In this document: positions 10,928 through 20,265 of the stretch, piece after piece
Layout: every line of letters begins with the position of its first letter
Numbering within the stretch: position 1 is the stretch's first letter
Assembly: GCA_002811645.1 (NCBI GenBank)
Contig: PDIP01000007.1
Span: 1-64,000, forward strand
Direction of reading: 5' to 3'
DNA from: Corallochytrium limacisporum Hawaii
Taxonomy: Eukaryota > Protista > Pluriformea
Length of the DNA stretch: 64,000 bases
Notes under the pieces: generated by a model
Told to the model about the DNA's origin: nothing
What the model saw: the letters and a program-made list of their open reading frames with translations, nothing else
Databases searched by the model: none
Made by a program: the position numbers and the translations under genes

Positions 10928-11629
10928 GGCTGACCCCCCAACCAACCCAGGAAACCCCGAGCCTCCTATCAGGCCGTAGTAGTGGTAAGTACAAAATTTC
11001 CAAAGCCGGCAAGACAAAGTCAGAGGGGGGGGGGTTCCTGGGAGGTGGGCCTTGTGGGAAAAGTCAGAAGGTGGGCCAACCGCACTGTATTCATTCAGTA
11101 CGGGAGGCAAGGGGAAACGGGAATTGAACCATGAGAACGCGGTAGGGAAGGGGGGGGGGAACCCCCGTTAATGAGCGGGACCTGAGATTCACGGTTCAAA
11201 ACCAATCGTGGGGTTGAGGGTTCAGCCGGCCATCCACGTCCGAAACTGGTTTGGCGCGGTTCACTCATTCTTCTTCAGCCATAGATCATCATTGCATCTT
11301 TTGGATCGTGACGATTTAGACATATAATAGTGACCTTGTACACAGAGAAGAATTTGAATGGACGCAAGTTAATGGATCACATTCATCAGGCACGACAATG
11401 TAGGTATGAGCAGACAAGGTCCGTCTCTATTTCGAGTTTTCAGGTACTTTACAATGTGTGAAACCACGACAGCGGGGTCTGTACAAAGGCATTACAGGAC
11501 TCTTCATTGTCGTCGATTGCACGGGTTAAGTCAGCAATCCAAGAAGTGGCGACGACTTCATAGTGATATTTTACTGCCATTGGGACGGAAGCGGACCCCA
11601 AGACCCTCAGGAGCCTATGAGCCTTCTCA

Positions 11630-13150
11630 ATGAAACGAAACTCTGTTCAGAGTTTCGGGCGCTTCATTGGCTTTGATATGAATTATCGCACTGTGGTCAA
11701 AGTGCTGCTCATATGGGCACTTGTTGCGCTGTTGGTGTACTCAGGCGCGAGGTCTCAGAAGGAAAAGATAACTTACGAACAGACTGAAGCAAATTCATAC
11801 GATGGGATCTTGGAAGACTTCGGGTCGAGCAATAATGACGGAAACAACGGACACCAGAACCCATCAGTGATCTGCGCTGTATCGCTTGAAAGGTTGTACG
11901 ATGTCGGCCAATTTCACAAACGGTTTCTTGACCTGGCCGTCGGGAAATGGTCAAAAGGTCACACGTTTTTAAACAGAATTGAATTCTCCGAGTCTCAGAA
12001 CTTGATCATCGCCGGACACAACCGAGATGGAATGTCTTTGTTCAAGCACATTGAGGCCTGGGTTTTGGGTCCACAGGCACAGCAGTCTTCGGTGTCAGCG
12101 AACTGTACTATGAGGAGCTGTTTTGATTTTTCACGGTGTCGAAATGGGAATCGTGCCGTGTTCATATATCCTCGCACAGACGGTGATGAGAGACGATCTC
12201 CAGTTGATGAATTGGACGGGGACGACTGGCGAATGCAGCAGGTTTTAAAGGCTCTTCGTGCGGGTAGTAAACGCATTACCATCACTGAGAATCCCGACGA
12301 GGCCTGTCTCTTCATTCCGCACATCACACAGAACCACCGTCCGTGGCATGAATTGGATCATTGGCATTCGAATGGACGGAACCATGTCTTCTTCACATGG
12401 CATGACGAGGCGGGACTTTTCCTCGAGCGAATTGGAGATATTGGTGATGCCATAGTGGCTAAAACATCATTTCCCATCGTGAACACGCACACTTGGCTGA
12501 AGAAGAATCGTGTCTATCGCCCACATTTTGATGTCAATCTGGGACTCGAATATAAGAAGAGCTACTTTAAGGAAAACTTGGCGCCAATCAATGAGCGAAA
12601 GTTTCTCCTCAGTTTCAAAGGAAAGCGTTACACGGAGAAGGGAGGCACTTCGCGATCGTCACTTTACCGAATTACGGAAGGAGACTCAGGAGACGACATT
12701 CGATTGTGCATGTCGTGTCAACACTATAACCAGCCTCGGGATGAAAGGTGCGATGCAGATGACAAGATGTATCAAGACAAAGAGCTCTGTGACTTTGATC
12801 TTTTGATGAGAGAGTCAAAATTCGGCCTTGTGCCAGAAGGAAAGCAATTCTCCAGTTATCGCCTTGCTGAAGTTTTGAGCGCAGGGTCCATTCCAGTCTT
12901 CGTCGGTGAAGCGTCGCATTTGCCGTTTGCAGAGGTCATCGACTGGCCTTCATTCTCATTCTACTTCCATCCAGACGACATTCATGACATGGGCACAATG
13001 TTGCGATCCTTGCCTCCCGCTGCTCTGGAGGCGAAGTCACAAGCCGCCAGATACGTGTTTGAACGATACTGGGATGGTGGCTACTCTGCTCCTTTGGAAT
13101 CGGCGGTAGAGATCATTTTGCAAAGAGTAGAAGAACTTGACAATAACTAA
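11630..13150 (+). CDS. Exostosin-family (GT47) glycosyltransferase, EXT1-like, type II membrane protein
   Basis: N-terminal TM helix; CTMRSCFDFSRC, NGRNHVFF, FKGKRY, DERCD, FGLVPEG…SYRLAEVLSAGSIPV, LPFAEVIDW. Start may be the ATG at 11678. Confidence 0.9.
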   Translation: MKRNSVQSFGRFIGFDMNYRTVVKVLLIWALVALLVYSGARSQKEKITYEQTEANSYDGILEDFGSSNNDGNNGHQNPSVICAVSLERLYDVGQFHKRFLDLAVGKWSKGHTFLNRIEFSESQNLIIAGHNRDGMSLFKHIEAWVLGPQAQQSSVSANCTMRSCFDFSRCRNGNRAVFIYPRTDGDERRSPVDELDGDDWRMQQVLKALRAGSKRITITENPDEACLFIPHITQNHRPWHELDHWHSNGRNHVFFTWHDEAGLFLERIGDIGDAIVAKTSFPIVNTHTWLKKNRVYRPHFDVNLGLEYKKSYFKENLAPINERKFLLSFKGKRYTEKGGTSRSSLYRITEGDSGDDIRLCMSCQHYNQPRDERCDADDKMYQDKELCDFDLLMRESKFGLVPEGKQFSSYRLAEVLSAGSIPVFVGEASHLPFAEVIDWPSFSFYFHPDDIHDMGTMLRSLPPAALEAKSQAARYVFERYWDGGYSAPLESAVEIILQRVEELDNN

Positions 13151-13412
13151 TAGACGTGCCGCCGCGGTGGAGCAATGTAATTTTTAAAGACTATTCCTTG
13201 CCCATGTTTATGCCTTTATAGAATGCCATCTTGACTATCTATCGAAGACCTTTTTGGTGTGATGTGCGTAAACGATTTCGTGGGTTGGTGACCGCGGCAG
13301 CACTTTGTCATATGGACATCATCAACAATGTTGACTACTCGTTTCGGTACCAATCACAACGTCCTAAGTTATCAGCATTTTCTGAATCGGTGCTGGGATC
13401 CATTCTCATTGG

Positions 13413-15299
13413 TCATGCACTCGGCATGACAAAGTTGAGCAATTTTTTGGTTGTCGGCGACAGTTTCGTCCGACGATACGCATCGCCAGTCTGCCGGATC
13501 GCCTCCGCCACCGTTGGGTACGGATGTATCACACTGGCCAGAGTGCCTAGGCCCATGTTACTGCGCATTGCCACACTTATCTCCGAGATAAGATTACCTG
13601 CATCATTGCTAACAATGGTCGCACCCAGAATCTTGTCACCGCCTTTGGCAACATGGATCTTCACAAAACCCGCGATGTCTCCCTCGAGGATGGCGCGGTC
13701 GACATCTTTTAATTCACGCGTATACGTATCAATTTCAATGCCCTTCTCCTCAGCGTCCTTCGCGTACAGGCCCACATGCGCGATTTCCGGTTCAGTATAT
13801 GTGCACCAAGGGAGAAGCAGGCCTTTGACCTTGGAGCCAAGCGGGAACAATGCATTCCGAATAACCGCCCGCGCCATGAAATCGGCATGGTGGGTGAATT
13901 TTAACGCCGTTGCGCAATCTCCAGCGGCGTAGATGTCCGGATTCGTGGTCTGCAAGTAGTCATTGACCGTCACACCACTCTTAGAGTACTCTACTCCGAC
14001 CGTTTCCAGTCCAAGTGGCTCTAAATTCACGGCACGGCCCACTCCGAGCAGCAGTGCCTCGCATTCGCACTGTTTCGATTCTGTGGATTCGTCTCCTACA
14101 GTATACTTAACTATAGCAGCCGGGGTCTTTCCACTGATCTCCGAGATCTTGCAGCTGGTCACCACGTCAATACCGTCCGCCACCAGCTGGTCGTGAATCA
14201 CGGCGGCGGCGTCTGGATCTTCACGGATCAAAATCTGCGGTGCAACCTCGAGCAACGTGACCTTCGTTCCGAACCGCGCAAAGCTCTGCGCCATTTCGCA
14301 CCCAATTGGACCAGCTCCAATGATGACCATTGACTTTGGCAAGGAGGTTAGAGTAAATATTGTTTCGTTGGTGTAGTACCCGCTCGTATCCAGGCCCTTG
14401 ATCGGCAGTGCAACAGCGCTAGAACCCACCGCAATACACGCCTTACGGAATTTGAGATCTTTGCCGTTTACACTTACGGTATTCGGGCCCGTGAACTTGG
14501 CCTCGCCCATGAATACATCAACCCCGACGTCTCGAGTGAATCGCTTGACAGAATCGTTTGCACTAATCTCCGCACGGATCCGTCGCAGACGTTCCATTAC
14601 CACGCCGAAATCTACGCCGCAGCCCTCACCACCGGTCAGTCCGAACTCTTTGCCCTCCACACGCGCGGCGTGGACAGCACGAGCAGACCTGATTAGCGCC
14701 TTGGACGGAACACAACCAGTATTCAGACAATCTCCTCCCATCAGTCCTTTCTCTACGATCGCGACCTTGGCACCAACTCCGGCACCGCCAGCTGCCGTGA
14801 CCAAACCAGCGGCACCAGCACCAATCACCACCATGGTGTACATATCGCGCGGTTCGGGATTTTTGTAGTCTTGGGGGTGTACGTTAGCCCCTAGTGCTTT
14901 GTTGTACTTGTCCTCGTACGGCTCCAGGGACTCTGCAGCCGGGTGGTTTGGCTTACCGCTTGTTTGATCAGAGCCGGAGCCGAGAAGGAAGAACTCCGGG
15001 TTCGCGCCAATCGATGGTGACTTTTCATAGAAAAAGTAGCCATCCTTAAAGTCATGGTCCTTGGTCACATGGCGAATGATTCCTTCCCTCAAGAATGGCT
15101 CTCCAAACCGGGTCACAGCATCCTCTCGTGAGGTGGCCAGCTCCTGATCAATTAGTTTGTCCACCAACTCAGAGCCCACAAAGCACGATTTGTAGGTTCG
15201 AAACCGGTAGGATCGGTCCGTGATCTCCACAGTATTTTCGCCATCCAGAACCTTGCGGTAGGCAGCAAGTAGCTCGTTCCCTTCTGCAGCTTCTGGCAT
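13413..15299 (-). CDS. DEP domain fused to pyridine nucleotide-disulfide oxidoreductase (MerA/Lpd-like)
   Basis: DEP: DRSYRFRTYKSCFVGSELVD…HVTKDHDFKDGYFFY. Reductase: GAGAAG, GGDCLNTGCVPSK, GAGPIG, YAAGD, HPYPTVAE. Confidence 0.9.
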   Translation of the reverse strand: MPEAAEGNELLAAYRKVLDGENTVEITDRSYRFRTYKSCFVGSELVDKLIDQELATSREDAVTRFGEPFLREGIIRHVTKDHDFKDGYFFYEKSPSIGANPEFFLLGSGSDQTSGKPNHPAAESLEPYEDKYNKALGANVHPQDYKNPEPRDMYTMVVIGAGAAGLVTAAGGAGVGAKVAIVEKGLMGGDCLNTGCVPSKALIRSARAVHAARVEGKEFGLTGGEGCGVDFGVVMERLRRIRAEISANDSVKRFTRDVGVDVFMGEAKFTGPNTVSVNGKDLKFRKACIAVGSSAVALPIKGLDTSGYYTNETIFTLTSLPKSMVIIGAGPIGCEMAQSFARFGTKVTLLEVAPQILIREDPDAAAVIHDQLVADGIDVVTSCKISEISGKTPAAIVKYTVGDESTESKQCECEALLLGVGRAVNLEPLGLETVGVEYSKSGVTVNDYLQTTNPDIYAAGDCATALKFTHHADFMARAVIRNALFPLGSKVKGLLLPWCTYTEPEIAHVGLYAKDAEEKGIEIDTYTRELKDVDRAILEGDIAGFVKIHVAKGGDKILGATIVSNDAGNLISEISVAMRSNMGLGTLASVIHPYPTVAEAIRQTGDAYRRTKLSPTTKKLLNFVMPSA

Positions 15300-16154
15300 G
15301 TTTCGTGAATTCCTTTAATCTAAACAGATTGACTAGTGCAAGAGTTAGAAAAACCTACTGTCTTGGTCATACGCAGCCCCATGATCTGCCCAACGATAAA
15401 AGTACCTATAAAGGTTCCATCGGAACGCGTGCTGATAGGCCCCTAGACCGTCAGAAGATAGGAACAGTGAGGGCAAACCCACAAACTTCGAAGTAAACAA
15501 CAGTTGAAGCAAATAGTAAGATGCTCGGTGCACCAGGAGAGACAACGCGACATGAAACTCCGCTGCCCCGGCCCCACCCCAGGGCCTCTCCATCGAGGCG
15601 CGCCAAACCCCCTTCGCCCGGGGCGGGAGAGTGGCGGCCTTGCGGAGGGAGACAGGGGGAGGCCGGTAGTGGACTCACTGTGACGGGCTGCGGCTAGAGG
15701 AGTGTGTGTGTACGTGTTATTGTTACACCGCCCCCCCCTCTTACCCCCCGACCGAACAGTTGGGAGGGGGTGGAGTAAGTTGAAAACGGGACCCCGGTCC
15801 GTCCGAACGGGCACACACCCCAGGGAAGAAAACCCCCCTCCCCCCGGAGGGGGAGGGGAGGGGAGACGGTGGGTGGGGGTATGTGCGAGTGCGTATTCAA
15901 GGCAGCACCGGATGGAAGCCTGTTGGACTCGGGAGGCCGGCAGGAATGGGGTTGCGGACCTGCTGGCCGGAGTCGATCTTGAATGGGAAGCAATGGTAAC
16001 GGTAAGGCGACCAGTAAATGTAGTCCGTGCCTGTAGACTAAGTGATTCATGACATGTATTTCTTTAACAAGTGAGAGTTATGTTCGGATCTCTATGCTGT
16101 CCTTGGCGGAAACTTAGTACCTCCTGGGGACGCTAACTGTGGTCTTAGAGTAGC

Positions 16155-16913
16155 TTATCGTGACGATGACGATGCCCTAACTTTTGAATTCGCCGGTTCT
16201 GATGCAGGCGATGGTTCTAGATACGATCGCACATCCCGCACGTCCACAAACTTGACGCCCCTTCGAAGGCTGCTATTACCGTATCGGCGCTCCAGTTCTG
16301 TGGCGAATGCCTCTATCTGGCTTGCTGCAATATGGTCGAATATATTGCTGGCAGTTGCCTGGTGGAAGGCAGATCGGAAATTATAGCTAATATCAAAGTG
16401 CACGAGGGTAGTCGACCTCCCGCCGGAGGCCGGGCCCGGTGCAAATGTCCACTCCGAGTCCAAGTACTGAAAAATCGATTTTGGGTCAGCCTTACCACCC
16501 GACAGGGCCTTAATGCTCGAGTACGGCGTGGCCTTGATCCGTGAAGTGTATGATTCCTGGAATGGACCATAGCCGACGCTCAACTCTGCCTTGGTGGCGT
16601 AACCTGTCTTTGGATCTGTTGCGAGAACCCGCGACCCCTGTGTGTAGGGTACGAACTTTTCGTAGTTCTTAGTGTCCACCACGACGCTGAAGACATGTTC
16701 AGGACTCCATCCAAAGACACGCTTGCTCCGGTAGTGGGACAGGTGGGCCTGGTCCGATGTGTTGCCCGCAATCGCGTTGGCCACCTTGCCAACCGCAGCG
16801 AAAGGATTTCCCAGGAACGAGCGAATAGTCAAAACTGGCAGTACATTGGTGCGAACCAATCCTGAGACCTGCCTCCCATATGGAAACACCGATGATCTTC
16901 TGAAAGCAAACAT
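16155..16913 (-). CDS. COQ10: Coenzyme Q-binding START-domain protein
   Basis: Mitochondrial-type N-terminus; VFSVVVDTKNYEKFVPY, ELSVGYGPFQESYTS, IFQYLDSEWTF. Confidence 0.85.
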   Translation of the reverse strand: MFAFRRSSVFPYGRQVSGLVRTNVLPVLTIRSFLGNPFAAVGKVANAIAGNTSDQAHLSHYRSKRVFGWSPEHVFSVVVDTKNYEKFVPYTQGSRVLATDPKTGYATKAELSVGYGPFQESYTSRIKATPYSSIKALSGGKADPKSIFQYLDSEWTFAPGPASGGRSTTLVHFDISYNFRSAFHQATASNIFDHIAASQIEAFATELERRYGNSSLRRGVKFVDVRDVRSYLEPSPASEPANSKVRASSSSR

Positions 16914-17891
16914 TTTTAGGTTTGCAGGTTATCAACAACGCAGAAGTGATACAATGTCCTCAAGTCCATGATCTGTCGCTTGTGCCTCAGCTGCCTGTCT
17001 AGATCCGTATTCCGCCTATTCCTAAGCATGCCCCCGTGCTACCTTCCCTGGGCCTGCAGTATCATGTACCTGAATTGTGTCATGAATGAAGGAACGGAAT
17101 CTTGTTCGTGTGTGCGACACGGAAATTGCGTTGGTGGCAGCAATCCTCAGCGTAAACATCAGGCTGCCAGCGGACCAGGGACCCACCGGCGGGACCGCAC
17201 CGGACCCATCCGCCTTGCCTTCTCCAAGGCGCGCTTCCAATTTAAAAATTTACCGTATATACAATTAGCTCAACTTTAACCCGTCCAAGTGGCCACCAGG
17301 AGGGGTCTGACTTACGTACTGAATTAATGAAAAGCCAACCCCACTTCCGGAACAAACTCCGACCCTGGTGCCCGCAGTAAACTTGCGCTATTCAGGAAAG
17401 TCCACCTCATGTGGGCGAAAAATCTATAAAAAAATCATTACTTCATAATGTGATATACGTATGTTGACCAAGGGATGCCCCCCCCTCCCCAACCCCACAT
17501 CACTGGCGTCACTCGTTTCCCTCAGTTTGCCCCCCCCCCTCCGGGCCTTGTTACCCCGTGGGGGCCCGCCGTGTTTCGGGGAGTTCGAGAAGGATCCATT
17601 CCCGCAACAACACTGCCCGGCCACACAGTGTGCCAGGTGTGCGTGGCTCTCGCGGGGAACAAAGAGGCCTAATGTGGTCGACAAACTTGGGCAAAACAGT
17701 TAGCGTTCGTCTCAGATCGCTGAGCTGTCGCTATGTGTCCCCCGTGTGTGTCTTGAGCGTTGATTTCCTCTCATACTTATCACGGTTAACGAAAGGTACC
17801 TAATGGTTTAGGGTGAAGTGCGGTGAGAGGCACAAAGATCGCCCACGTGTAAAGAAATAAAGCGTACACTTAGCTTTCTTGCGTAGATCAA

Positions 17892-18578
17892 ATGCCCAGC
17901 GAGATGTCGACATCACTGCACCCCAAGGTTTTGTGGGCCCAGCGCCGGGATAAGCTGTTCCTGACGGTCGAGATTCCCGAAGCAAAGGACGTCAAGTTCA
18001 ACTTCACTGCCACCAACTTCACTTTCAAGGCTGACCGTGGTGACAAGCACTACGAAGTTGAGATCGAGTTCTTTGATGAAATTAATCCCGAAGAGGTCAA
18101 GCTCAATCAGACGGGACAGAAGGTTGCCTTCGGAATCCCCAAGAAGGAAGAGAAGGAATACTGGCCACGCCTGATGAAGGAGAAGACCAAGGTCAACTGG
18201 CTGAAGACAGACTTCGACAAGTGGCGTGACGAGGACGAGGAGGACGAAGAAGAGGAGGATCCTATGGCCGGTATGGGTGGCATGGACATGGCCTCCATGA
18301 TGGGCGGTATGGGTGGTATGGGCGGTATGGGCGGTATGCCCGGAATGGGCGGTATGCCCGGAATGGGAGGTATGCCCGGAATGGGAGGTATGCCCGGAAT
18401 GGGAGGTGCCGGTGGTCAGCCCGACTTCAGCAAGTTGATGTCTCAGCTCGGAGATCAGGGTGGCATGGATATGGAAGCTCTGAAGGCTATGGGTATGCCT
18501 GGTGGTGCTGAGGGTGCTGAGGGTGCTGATGCTGGTGCTCCCGACAGTGACGATGAAGAGATGCCGGAGCTTGAGTAA
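17892..18578 (+). CDS. PTGES3: Hsp90 co-chaperone p23 (Sba1) with GGM-rich tail
   Basis: HPKVLWAQR, YWPRLMKEK, WLKTDFDKWRDEDE. Confidence 0.95.
   Translation: MPSEMSTSLHPKVLWAQRRDKLFLTVEIPEAKDVKFNFTATNFTFKADRGDKHYEVEIEFFDEINPEEVKLNQTGQKVAFGIPKKEEKEYWPRLMKEKTKVNWLKTDFDKWRDEDEEDEEEEDPMAGMGGMDMASMMGGMGGMGGMGGMPGMGGMPGMGGMPGMGGMPGMGGAGGQPDFSKLMSQLGDQGGMDMEALKAMGMPGGAEGAEGADAGAPDSDDEEMPELE
18300..18408 (+). repeat. Coding tandem repeat: 9-nt MGG units then 18-nt GGMPGM units
   Basis: Repeated ggyggtatg and ggmggtatgcccggaatg units. Confidence 0.9.
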
Positions 18579-18871
18579 CTAGTGATTCCAACGGCCTCAA
18601 AGCTCTATCTCCTTTTGCAATTTACACATGCTCTTGAAAAGAAACAGTATACAACACATGACTTACAATGTATTATACATCACAACACCAAGATCACCTG
18701 AGACAAAAAGCAGAGATGTTGTCATATGTTGGTGACGATGCTCAACAGGGGTTCTCCGTTGAGGCTTCGTCCGGCACCAACCACCTGTCCCCTCATCCTC
18801 CTCCTCCCCAGCCCCAGGGGCCCAACGTTTTCTGCGATTAGGCGGCCCGGTGGTTCCCCCCCCCCCCCCCC

Positions 18872-18932
18872 NNNNNNNNNNNNNNNNNNNNNNNNNNNNN
18901 NNNNNNNNNNNNNNNNNNNNNNNNNNNNNNNN
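18872..18932. other. Assembly gap between a poly-C tract and a C4G8 tract
   Basis: 61 Ns. Confidence 0.99.
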
Positions 18933-19047
18933 CCCCGGGGGGGGCGTTCCCGTTCATTCTACTGCCGCTTTGCCACCGTTGTTGTTCCAGCCTAAAAGGT
19001 GTGGGCTGGGGAAGTGCCTGCGGTGTTGTGCAATGCTGGCTGATTGC

Positions 19048-19049
<2 letters not shown>

Positions 19050-19102
<53 letters not shown>

Positions 19103-19109
19103 TGTGTGT
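19050..19109. repeat. (GA)n followed by (TG)n microsatellite
   Basis: Directly visible. Confidence 0.97.
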
Positions 19110-19380
19110 ACCCCATCAATACTTTGCAATAAAAAAATTCCATTTCCGTTCCATCAGGGTCCCGTGTGTCCGGCTGTTTTATGTGAAACCGGTACGTTTC
19201 AGTGACGGGTCTACGGTTCGGTGAATTGGTTTCTGGCTAAGACAAGCAGGGATGGTCGCATTGTTCGAGAAGGTATATCAATGCACAGGGACACATCTCA
19301 AACTGTGAAAGGAAAAGCTCACGATCTCTTGGACAGTTTGTTTGCTACTGTGGAGAATACATTAATACCACTTAAGAACA

Positions 19381-20058
19381 ATGGGCAAGAAAGGAAAGTC
19401 ATCGAAGCCGCCGCCTAAGCCACCGAAGCCAAAATTGGAGACAAGCTTCCCCTGCCCTTTCTGTAATCATGAGGGTGCGGTGAGCTGCAAGCTTGACTAC
19501 GCCAAAATGGTCGGCTATGCCACCTGCAAGGTGTGCGGTGAGGAGTACCAGTGCCGGATCCGCAAACTTGACGCCCCCGTTGACGTCTACAGCAGTTGGA
19601 TCGACGCTTGCGAGGAGGAAAAGGAACGGCACCTGGAACGGGAAGCCCGAGGAGAAACCGCCGACGACTATGACGATCATCATGGTCACCACCACCACCG
19701 GGAGCCAGCCCCGCAGCACAACAGTCGCAACGGTTCGGGCCGTGATGAGTACAGAGAAAGAGCGCAGAGGCCATCAAGGCCGTCAGAATTTGATCGCAAA
19801 CGCCAGCGTGCGCAGCGTGTCGCCACCTACGGTGATGACTATGACGACGACGACGATTTCATAGATAATGGTCCTGTCAAACAAATTGCTGACGATGATG
19901 AGGACTCGGAGGACGAATTTGGCGCATCTGACGACGATTTTGACGAGAAGAAGGCAATGAAGGCGCGGGCGGATTTGGACCTTTCTGATGAGGACGAAGA
20001 AGAAGCCATTAAACCGGCACGAAAGCGGGTGGCCATTGCATCTGACGACGATGACTGA
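19381..20058 (+). CDS. ELOF1: Transcription elongation factor Elf1 with long acidic C-terminal extension
   Basis: MGKKGKSSK…FPCPFCNHE…CKVC…PVDVYSSWIDACE zinc ribbon. Confidence 0.93.
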   Translation: MGKKGKSSKPPPKPPKPKLETSFPCPFCNHEGAVSCKLDYAKMVGYATCKVCGEEYQCRIRKLDAPVDVYSSWIDACEEEKERHLEREARGETADDYDDHHGHHHHREPAPQHNSRNGSGRDEYRERAQRPSRPSEFDRKRQRAQRVATYGDDYDDDDDFIDNGPVKQIADDDEDSEDEFGASDDDFDEKKAMKARADLDLSDEDEEEAIKPARKRVAIASDDDD

Positions 20059-20265
20059 GGCTTAAACCACGACCTTTCAAACAGCGATTTGCACACATAA
20101 CACACTGCGAACAAAGTAGACGACTATATACATGTCAAGCCTATTAAATATATATTACTCGAATGCTTATGGTATATGGCTTGATTTGATTCATGTGATG
20201 ACATATGGTGAATGTCTTTCGAGCACTGGTCACTTTTGATGTCCTGACGTGTTTCTGCACGCGCT

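Noticed and set aside
13413-15299. Calling the reductase a true mercuric reductase (merA)
   Set aside because: No C-terminal Cys-Cys pair, no NmerA domain and no mer operon context
18300-18408. Tandem repeat as a CRISPR-like array
   Set aside because: No unique spacers; it encodes the GGM tail typical of p23 proteins
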